A stretch of 64,000 nucleotides of DNA from Roseibacillus sp. (lineage in GTDB: Bacteria; Verrucomicrobiota; Verrucomicrobiia; Verrucomicrobiales; Akkermansiaceae): positions 512,001 through 576,000 of the forward strand of contig JBPOGI010000003.1 in the NCBI GenBank assembly GCA_051251855.1, in the 5' to 3' direction. Both the position numbers and the translations under genes were made by a program. Shown here piece after piece: positions 56,858-64,000 of the stretch; position 1 is the stretch's first letter; each line of letters opens with the position of its first letter. The notes under the pieces are model-generated. The model searched no databases. It was not told where the DNA came from and was given only the letters and a program-made list of their open reading frames with translations.

Positions 56858-57394
56858 TTAGTTGCGGGACGGAAAGATGCCGATAAGAGCAATACACCAG
56901 TTGATGACGAGGTAGGGCTGCATGTTGGTGTGAGCCAAGCCGCCGCCGGCACTCCCAACGGTGACACTAACGCCTTGAGACGCCATGTTCTCATTGGTGG
57001 AGCTGCTGTAGTTTTCGTCGCCTGCGTGAGCCGCTGAATAGTGATTTTGGGGGCTATCTTCGTCACCTGCGTTAGTGCTGCACTTGATGGTGCCGTTGGC
57101 CGAATGACTGTGAGAAGGAATCTGGGGTGTTGTCAAAGTGACGTTTTCGAGGCCGCTCTTTTGCCCGATCGAGCGAGGAGTTAATCCCGCTCCACTTCCC
57201 ATGTGAATCGGAGCGCGCCCACGGAGGTCCGGAAGGGCGAAGGTAGTTCTGCCGTCACCTCCATAGATCGTTCCCAAAAGAGAAAAGAGGGCTGAATTGG
57301 AAGAGATGGCAATCAGTTGCCCGTCGCAGTGTGCCCAACCACGCGGTGCGAAGTTGAATCCGAAGGGTTGTATTTGTCCGATGAATGGTTCCAT
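56858..57394 (-). CDS. Phage tail-collar domain protein (microcystin-dependent protein MdpB-like)
   Basis: PFIGQI..FGFNFAPRGWAHCDGQL, ALFSLLGTIYGGDGRTTFALPDLRGR, H.NMQPYL..NWCIAL.GIFPSRN. Confidence 0.95.
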   Translation of the reverse strand: MEPFIGQIQPFGFNFAPRGWAHCDGQLIAISSNSALFSLLGTIYGGDGRTTFALPDLRGRAPIHMGSGAGLTPRSIGQKSGLENVTLTTPQIPSHSHSANGTIKCSTNAGDEDSPQNHYSAAHAGDENYSSSTNENMASQGVSVTVGSAGGGLAHTNMQPYLVINWCIALIGIFPSRN

Positions 57395-57411
57395 AATTTT
57401 TTAGGTTGAGG

Positions 57412-57909
57412 TTAGTTTTGGTGAGAGGCCGCTAGGTTGGCTGTTGCTGACTCCGTTCGGAGCCAAGGGAGAAGGGAGGGATAGTTTTCACTCATTCCAA
57501 AGTAAGAGAGCAGAGGGATGCCGGGTCCTACTCCCGAGTGATAAGCTTGGATGAGATCACGACTTTGACCATGGTATCCAGAAGGATGAAAAACGAGCTC
57601 GGGCTCAATTCCGGCTTCCTTTGCGGCCGCGAAGGCCCAAGCCATCGCCGCCATTTCGAGGGCTGGTTCCAGAGTCGCACGATCATCGAGGTGCTGTCGG
57701 TCTTCTGGGAGCGACACTGCGATGCGACCGGCCACGTAGTAGAGGTCGCCAGGAAATTCGAGTTGCTCTCGGTCAAAGCTGACTACGCCCCCTGCACAAG
57801 AAACACCCGGGACACAAGAGCTTTGCCCTTCGGAAAAGGTTATCTCTAGTACCTTGATTCCGATCTTCTCGAAAAAGGAAAAGGTAGCTTGGAATTGTGG
57901 TTGAGTCAT
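57412..57909 (-). CDS. Hypothetical protein, probable inactive member of a GDLLHEAGH family
   Basis: PGDLYYVAGRIAV, EMAAMAWAFAA, VFHPSGY.G, G.PLL, PWLR (family recalled, not searched). Confidence 0.65.
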   Translation of the reverse strand: MTQPQFQATFSFFEKIGIKVLEITFSEGQSSCVPGVSCAGGVVSFDREQLEFPGDLYYVAGRIAVSLPEDRQHLDDRATLEPALEMAAMAWAFAAAKEAGIEPELVFHPSGYHGQSRDLIQAYHSGVGPGIPLLSYFGMSENYPSLLPWLRTESATANLAASHQN

Positions 57910-57930
57910 GGCCTCCGATTTTCTCGATTT

Positions 57931-58224
57931 TTAAGAAAAGAGAGAGAGGGTCACTTGCTTTCCTGCTTCTTCAAATGTGAGCTGATTACCGTCTGCTTTC
58001 ACTCGAGAAGGGGAGAGTTGATGGCCTTTTGCTAAAAAACTTTGGAAGTCTAAGAGTGAGACTTTGGCATGGAGAGCTGAGTTGGTCTCCCGAAGGACGG
58101 AAAAGCTTCGCAGGTGCGAAATATTGAGCTGGGAAGAGAAGTTACTGAGATCAGCCCTGAGCGGAAGAGCCAATGCTGCGGCAGCAGCAGACCCCATGAG
58201 AATAAAGTCACGGCGAGAGTTCAT
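57931..58224 (-). CDS. Small protein with a twin-arginine signal
   Basis: MNSRRDFILMGSAAAAALALPLRA; first gene of the tail-collar operon. Confidence 0.7.
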   Translation of the reverse strand: MNSRRDFILMGSAAAAALALPLRADLSNFSSQLNISHLRSFSVLRETNSALHAKVSLLDFQSFLAKGHQLSPSRVKADGNQLTFEEAGKQVTLSLFS

Positions 58225-58495
58225 AGTTTTGTTGTTCCACCTGCGCTTGAGAAAGAGAAAAGGCCCAATCCTTTATCTTAGAGCAGGCCTAAATCACTAA
58301 AGATAGCCTCTGATTTGTCAATTCAATTCAGTAATCCAATCATGATGATTTCATTGGGAGGTTATGAATGACTCTGTAGAAGTATGCTAAAAGACTTCTT
58401 TTAAAGGAGGTTGATACTATCAATTTAATGGACCCGCAGTTTTTGTGTAGAAGAATGGATTTCGTTGTTACCATATTGCTAATATTGAAACCGTA

Positions 58496-58747
58496 ATGTC
58501 ACAGAACTTGGATAAACTGAGAGAGGCTGTAGAGAACGATCCGCAAAATCCGAATCTACGCCTCGAGCTGGGAAAGGCTTTGGCAGGAGGTTCACTGAAC
58601 GATGCCAAGGAAGCCATCAGTCATCTTCAGCAGGCCACCCGCAATCCGCATATTCGTGAGGAAGTCCTGACGGTGATGCGGCAGGTGTCTTCTAAACTAG
58701 GACTGGATGACATGGGACCACCGACGACTCCGCCCTTTATGAATTGA
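58496..58747 (+). CDS. Small TPR-like protein
   Basis: AVENDPQNPNLRLELGKAL...EAISHLQQA. Confidence 0.65.
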   Translation: MSQNLDKLREAVENDPQNPNLRLELGKALAGGSLNDAKEAISHLQQATRNPHIREEVLTVMRQVSSKLGLDDMGPPTTPPFMN

Positions 58748-58858
58748 TAGAGAGAGAGGGATGGATGGTGGTCTCGGTGGTAAGAACCGTCCTAATTCTG
58801 GCACAGAAAAATCTGCGAGGCTATCTTATCAAGACGACTCTCTCCCGACCTTAGGTAA

Positions 58859-60340
58859 TTAATCCTTTTTCTTTAAAAGAGGGAACAAGACGACGTCTCT
58901 AATCGTGGGGGCGCCGGTAAGCATCATGATAAGGCGGTCGATGCCAATACCGATGCCTCCTGCAGGGGGCATGCCGTGTTCGAGAGTCTCGATGAAGTCG
59001 TAGTCCACGAGTTGTTCTTCTTCGCCACCGGCTTGGTGTTCGAGGCGTTGGCGTTGGACGTCGGGGTCGTTGAGTTCGGAGTAACCAGGGGAAATTTCTT
59101 GGCCGTTGATAATGAGCTCGTAGACCTCGACGGTTTTGCCACCGGGGGTGACTTTGGCGAGGGGAATCAGTTCGCTCGGAACGCGAGTCACAAAGCAGGG
59201 ATCGAAGGTGTGTTCCTCGACCTTCTTTTCGAAGACTTGTTGCACTACCTCGTAGTCCTCCATCCCTTCGGAGATTTGCACGCCGAGTTCGGCGCACTTG
59301 GCGCGGCGGGCCTCGGGAGTGATGTCGAAGAAATCGTCACCGGCTACTTCCTTGACGAGGTCGTGGTAGGCGGCGCGCTTCCAAGGGCGCGCGAGATTGA
59401 TAGTTCGGGTGACTTCGCCTTCTTCGTTCTTGTGTTCGATCTGAAGACCACCGCAGAACTTTTCGGCAAGATGGCAGGTCATCTCTTCCACCATCTCGGC
59501 CATGATCTCGAAGTCGGCAAAAGCTTGGTAGGCCTCGAGCATAGTGAACTCGGGATTGTGACGCCGGGAGATGCCTTCGTTGCGGAAGTTACGGTTGAGT
59601 TCGAAGATTTTAGTAAAGCCACCGACGAGCATGCGCTTGAGGAAGAGTTCGGGCGCAATACGGAGGGTCAGCGCCATATTGAGGGCGTTATGATGGGTCT
59701 CGAAGGGGCGGGCGGCGGCGCCACCAGCGACGGATTGCAGCATGGGGGTTTCGACTTCGAGGTAGTCGCGCTCGTGCAGGAAATTGCGAATCTCGGCCAC
59801 CATGCGGGAGCGAGTGACGAAGACTTCGGCACTGTCGGCATTGGACATGAGGTCGAGGTGGCGCTTGCGATACTTTGTCTCGCGGTCAGTCAACCCTTGC
59901 CACTTGTCGGGCATGGGACGGAGAGCCTTGGAAAGGACGGTAACGTTCTCTACCTGGAGGGAAGGTTCGCCTTTTCCGGTGGTGAAGGTTTTGCCGGAAA
60001 CACCGATCCAGTCGCCCATGTCGAGGCATTGGTAAACCTCCCACTGCTCTTCGCTGAGCTGCTTCTTGTTGAGGTAAATTTGAATGCGACCTTCAGCGTT
60101 GCCCAAGGTGCAGAAGACGCTTTTGCCGAAATCACGAATCGCTTCCACGCGGCCGGCGATGGTGGCGGGGAGGTCGTTCTCGAAATTTGCTTTTAATTGG
60201 CCTGGGGTATGGGTGGTCTCAAAGGCTTGACCATAAGGGTCATGGCCCATCTCACGGAGTTTGCCGAGTTTCTCGCGGCGAACAGCGATCAGTTCTTCGA
60301 CGGTGGACTTCGGTTGGTTGGATGGGGCGTCTGCGCTCAT
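58859..60340 (-). CDS. lysS: Lysine--tRNA ligase (class II)
   Basis: YRKRHLDL, EVETPML, GGAAARPFETHHN, LRIAPELFLKR, FRNEGI, YSELNDP, GMPPAGGIGIGIDRL. Confidence 0.99.
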   Translation of the reverse strand: MSADAPSNQPKSTVEELIAVRREKLGKLREMGHDPYGQAFETTHTPGQLKANFENDLPATIAGRVEAIRDFGKSVFCTLGNAEGRIQIYLNKKQLSEEQWEVYQCLDMGDWIGVSGKTFTTGKGEPSLQVENVTVLSKALRPMPDKWQGLTDRETKYRKRHLDLMSNADSAEVFVTRSRMVAEIRNFLHERDYLEVETPMLQSVAGGAAARPFETHHNALNMALTLRIAPELFLKRMLVGGFTKIFELNRNFRNEGISRRHNPEFTMLEAYQAFADFEIMAEMVEEMTCHLAEKFCGGLQIEHKNEEGEVTRTINLARPWKRAAYHDLVKEVAGDDFFDITPEARRAKCAELGVQISEGMEDYEVVQQVFEKKVEEHTFDPCFVTRVPSELIPLAKVTPGGKTVEVYELIINGQEISPGYSELNDPDVQRQRLEHQAGGEEEQLVDYDFIETLEHGMPPAGGIGIGIDRLIMMLTGAPTIRDVVLFPLLKKKD

Positions 60341-60460
60341 GAATTTGAAGGGAGGTTTATGGAAGAGGTTTGGGCGAATGAACAGGGAAAATAAAACGGA
60401 AATGAAGCTTGGTTCAAATAGGTTACTTCCTATGCTGCTGGGGTCTTTTTGGGGGGAATT

Positions 60461-60502
60461 GTAGTCCCGCAGGACCCGTTGCGAGTCCTGCGGGATTACT
60501 AC
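60461..60502. repeat. GTAG-bounded REP-like hairpin
   Basis: GTAGTCCCGCAGGAC-CCGTTGCGA-GTCCTGCGGGATTACTAC immediately after the DMT stop; no T-tract. Confidence 0.6.
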
Positions 60503-60504
60503 GT

Positions 60505-61389
60505 CTAGACGGAGGGTTTCGCCGGAAGGGCCGGGGTGATGGAGATGCGCCAGGTGGCGAAGAGGGTCAGCACGGCACCCACGAGCTCAATGGGGGAGAA
60601 TCTTTCTTGGAAAAAGAAGAAGGCCCCCGCGCTGGTCAGGAGGGGAATGAGCATTTGAATGGCCGAACCTTGAGCGACATCGAGATGGTAAAAGCCCTTT
60701 GTGATGAGGATTTGGCCATAAGCCACGATCGTGCCGCCGAACATCAGCAATACCCAGGCGAAGGCAGAGGTGTCCCCGAAGCTGGGTGCGGCCAAGGGGA
60801 CGGTCACTAACAAGGTGATGAGGCATTGCCCGGAATAAATAGTGGCTGCGGTTTCGGTTCGGGTGAGCTTTCGAATGACGACCACGGTTGCACCCGCGAG
60901 GACTGCGCCGAGAAGACCTAACAAGTCATAGAGTCCAAAAGTGGAACCGACAAAGCTCTCCGAGAAAAAGAGTCCCAAGCCAACCATAGCGATCACGAGT
61001 AAGGCCATCGTTCTAGGACGAAGCTTTTCTTTGAGGACAAAGGCGGCAATGAGAGAGCCAAAGAGGGGATAGGTCAGATTAATGACCAATGCGCGGGCAG
61101 CTCCGAGCTCGATGACGGTAAAGTAGAGGAGGGAAATGGTGACGACGCCCAAGACCCCTCGCAGGAGGAGCATGGGCTTCACCAAATGACTGAGGTGTAA
61201 GCCTCTCCCTCCCGAGTACATTACTAATACGAAAATGGTGCCCGCCAAGCCGCGAGTAAAAGAGGACATCCAACCGTCCACCGATGCAATGAGTCCCAAC
61301 CAGCGAATGATGAGCACATTCGCTGAGAAGAGGACAACAGAAAAGAGCATCATTAAGACGCCTTTGCGAGTGGATACGGGTTCGGTCAT
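60505..61389 (-). CDS. DMT/EamA family transporter
   Basis: About 10 TMs; LLLRGVLG, TYPLF...A..VLKEK, FFFFQERFS. Confidence 0.92.
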   Translation of the reverse strand: MTEPVSTRKGVLMMLFSVVLFSANVLIIRWLGLIASVDGWMSSFTRGLAGTIFVLVMYSGGRGLHLSHLVKPMLLLRGVLGVVTISLLYFTVIELGAARALVINLTYPLFGSLIAAFVLKEKLRPRTMALLVIAMVGLGLFFSESFVGSTFGLYDLLGLLGAVLAGATVVVIRKLTRTETAATIYSGQCLITLLVTVPLAAPSFGDTSAFAWVLLMFGGTIVAYGQILITKGFYHLDVAQGSAIQMLIPLLTSAGAFFFFQERFSPIELVGAVLTLFATWRISITPALPAKPSV

Positions 61390-61777
61390 GGTCGTAGGTC
61401 AGAACCAAGCTGGGGACCGAACGGGAGAGGGACTCTGGGAAGACCTGCACTCCGGTTCGGCCATTGGGCGAGGCTCCGGAGTGTTGAGGTTGCAAAAATG
61501 CTAATGCGTTCAACTCATCACGACGGGTGCCTCGCACGGCCACATAATGGCTAGGCGTTTGGCAATCGTTTTGACGAGGAGAAGATTCACAGCGGCGGGG
61601 TCATGCCCTTGCTAAAAGATTTTGTCAAGGTTTTGAAGACAAGAGCTTTGATTCCTGGCCGTGTTCTCCCCTCTCCTAGGATTCATGTTCTTTGCCGAGG
61701 TCTCTCGCGTGCCTGGTAGTCTGGAGCTACTTTCTGCTTTCTACGAGCTGGGAAAAGGTCTTCTCTCTATCAGCTCC

Positions 61778-62080
61778 ATGACTACTCAGGAAATTCAAGA
61801 ATACATCGAGGCCGCTATGAGTTCGAAATTTGACGGCTACACCACGGAGTCGGCTGAGATGATGACGAGTGAAGGCGGAGACGGACGTTTTTTCGGCAAG
61901 GTATTTGCGACGAGATATGCTGGGCTTCCGAAGGGACAGATGTTGTTTCTGGTAGTCGGTGAGACTGAAAAGAAGATTCAGATTGTCAAATTTGGAAACA
62001 CCGAAAGCCTTACGCCGAGCGAGACCGACTTGGACCTCCTTCTTCTCAAAGAGCTCGGGGTGGAGATTGATGAGGAGTGA
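61778..62080 (+). CDS. Hypothetical protein (~100 aa)
   Basis: Protein-like composition from MTTQEIQEYIE; start chosen at ATG 61778. Confidence 0.7.
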   Translation: MTTQEIQEYIEAAMSSKFDGYTTESAEMMTSEGGDGRFFGKVFATRYAGLPKGQMLFLVVGETEKKIQIVKFGNTESLTPSETDLDLLLLKELGVEIDEE

Positions 62081-62095
62081 ACTGCATCTCGCGGT

Positions 62096-64000
62096 CTATT
62101 TCTTTTTGGCGTTTTTCAGAGCCATGGAGAACCAGTCGTCGTTGTTCTGAGCCGCCTTGCGGTTGCCGCCTGGCCTGCGATCGGAGCGCTGATTGCGGCC
62201 GCCACCTGGGTTGCGAGGGGCGGGGCTGTTGCGGTTGTTCGAAGTCTTCCGCTCGGACTCAAGTTCGGGTTGAGCTTTCATCGAAAGAGAGATGCGGTTG
62301 CGCTTGAGGTCGACTTCGGTGACGGTGACGTGGACCTTTTGGCCCACTTTGACAATCTCGGCAGGGTCGCTGACGAACTTGTCGGCGAGTTGGCTCACGT
62401 GCACTAGTCCGTCTTGATGAACCCCGACGTCGACGAAGGCTCCGAAGGCGGTGACGTTGGTAACGAGGCCGGGAAGCTTCATCCCTGCGACGAGGTCGGT
62501 GGGTTTTTCGACTCCTTCGGCAAAGGAGAAAATCTCGAACTGCTTGCGCGGGTCGCGGCCGGGCTTGGCGAGTTCGGTGACGATGTCTTCGAGAGTGGGG
62601 AGGCCCACTTCTTCGCTGACGTATTTCCGGAGGTCGATTTTTTTGCGTGCAGCGGGATTGTTCAGGAGTTCTGGAAGTTCGCAGCCGACGTCCTTGGCCA
62701 TTTGCTCGACAAGTTGGTAGCGCTCAGGATGAACCGCGGAGGAGTCGAGAAGATGTTTGCCGCCACGCACGCGCAGGAATCCTGCTGCTTGCTCGAAGGC
62801 TTTGGGCCCTAGGCGAGGGACTTTGTTGAGCTCGGTTCGTGATTGAAAGGGTCCGTTGCTATCGCGGTAAGAGACGATGTTCTGAGCGAGGGTGGCATTG
62901 AGGCCGGAGACGTAGGAGAGGAGTTGCTTGGAGGCGGTATTTACTTCCACTCCCACTGCGTTCACGCTGGAGACCACGGTGTCGTCGAGGCTCTTTTTCA
63001 AAGCGCGTTCATCGACGTCGTGTTGGTATTGTCCGACCCCGATGGACTTGGGATCGATTTTGACCAACTCGGCCAAGGGGTCCATGAGGCGACGACCGAT
63101 AGAGACAGCGCCGCGCACGGTGAGGTCTTCGTTGGGGAATTCTTCCCGAGCCACTTCGGAGGCTGAGTAGATGGAGGCTCCGCTCTCGTTGACCATGACG
63201 ATGGGGATGGTGACCTTGAGTTTGCGGATGAAGGCTTCGGTTTCGCGCGAGGCGGTGCCGTTGCCGATGGCGACAGCTTCGATTTGGTATTTTTTGAGGA
63301 GCTTGGAGACCTCTTCTGCTGCAGCGAGGATTTGTCCCTGAGAGCCAGCGGTGCAGTAGAGTACGGTGTGGTGCAGCAACTTGCCGGAGGGGTCGAGGAC
63401 CACGGTTTTGCAGCCGGTGCGGAAGCCGGGGTCGATGGCGAGGAGACGCTTTTCGCCTAGCGGGGAAGCGAGCAGGAGTTCGCGCAGGTTGTCGGCAAAG
63501 ACCGTGATGGCGGTCTCGTCGGCACGTCGCTTGGATTGCAGACGCGCCTCGGTCTCCATGGAAGACATGAGGAGACGCTTGCAGCCGTCCTCGACAGCTT
63601 TGACGATTTCCTCGCTAGAGGGACCGTTGCCAGTGACCCACTCGGGGATGGCGAGGGCAGCGATTTGTTCGGGTGGCACGTTGACGCGCATGAAGAGAAA
63701 GCCTTCTTTTTCGCCTCGACGAATAGCGAGGAGGCGGTGAGAGGGGGTCTTTGTCAAAGGCTCGCTCCAGTCGAAGTAGTCGCGGAACTTTTGAGCATCG
63801 GCTTCTTCCTCTTTTCCATAGAGAACCTTGGAGGCGAGGATGGCGTCGGTCTGGTAGACTTTTCGGGCGCGGCCACGGAGGTCGGCGTCTTCGGCGACTC
63901 GTTCCGCAATCACGTCACGTGCTCCCGCAAGGGCGTCTTCGACGGTGGCGACGTCTTTTTCCTCGGAGACGAACTTAGTCGCTTCGGCGGTGACTTCGGC
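62096..64000 (-). CDS. tex: Tex family RNA-binding transcriptional accessory protein (5' end outside the window)
   Basis: SHRLLAIRRGEKEG, AIDPGFRTGCK, VNESGASIYSAS, IGVGQYQHDV, VHPERY, S1 domain FGAFVDVGVHQDGLVHVS. Confidence 0.97.
   Translation of the reverse strand, partial: AEVTAEATKFVSEEKDVATVEDALAGARDVIAERVAEDADLRGRARKVYQTDAILASKVLYGKEEEADAQKFRDYFDWSEPLTKTPSHRLLAIRRGEKEGFLFMRVNVPPEQIAALAIPEWVTGNGPSSEEIVKAVEDGCKRLLMSSMETEARLQSKRRADETAITVFADNLRELLLASPLGEKRLLAIDPGFRTGCKTVVLDPSGKLLHHTVLYCTAGSQGQILAAAEEVSKLLKKYQIEAVAIGNGTASRETEAFIRKLKVTIPIVMVNESGASIYSASEVAREEFPNEDLTVRGAVSIGRRLMDPLAELVKIDPKSIGVGQYQHDVDERALKKSLDDTVVSSVNAVGVEVNTASKQLLSYVSGLNATLAQNIVSYRDSNGPFQSRTELNKVPRLGPKAFEQAAGFLRVRGGKHLLDSSAVHPERYQLVEQMAKDVGCELPELLNNPAARKKIDLRKYVSEEVGLPTLEDIVTELAKPGRDPRKQFEIFSFAEGVEKPTDLVAGMKLPGLVTNVTAFGAFVDVGVHQDGLVHVSQLADKFVSDPAEIVKVGQKVHVTVTEVDLKRNRISLSMKAQPELESERKTSNNRNSPAPRNPGGGRNQRSDRRPGGNRKAAQNNDDWFSMALKNAKKK

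Noticed and set aside
56858..57394. Prophage or contractile injection system
   Set aside because: Only a lone tail-collar gene; no capsid, terminase, sheath, tube, baseplate or integrase.

Overview
Chromosomal window from a bacterium that looks verrucomicrobial. This is inferred from PEP-CTERM proteins, a TIGR02597-like protein, a PVC-type heme-binding protein, a DUF1800/DUF1501 pair and long-form IspG. Housekeeping genes (lipA, mutS, ispA, rnpA, rpmH, ptsH, rsmD, ispG, clpS, lpxA, mscL, lysS, tex) are interspersed with accessory modules: a TPR/ankyrin-sensor kinase-response regulator operon, a cell-surface island (22.5-31.8 kb), a BlaI/M56 operon, and a tail-collar/large surface protein operon. 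No rRNA, tRNA, CRISPR array or transposase was recognised. The most notable observations are: (1) a GxxExxY nuclease gene between ispA and mutS, bracketed by 43-bp inverted repeats built of short CGCAGAG units, with gene-free copies of the repeat elsewhere in the window, a candidate uncharacterised repeat/nuclease mobile system; (2) two paralogous secreted proteins with the same passenger domain but different C-termini (PEP-CTERM versus an unnamed domain), pointing to a second sorting signal; (3) a structured leader before one PEP-CTERM gene and a decayed paralogue fragment after it; (4) a ~290-bp MITE and several unrelated REP-like palindromes. All assignments come from motif recognition by eye; no searches were run.
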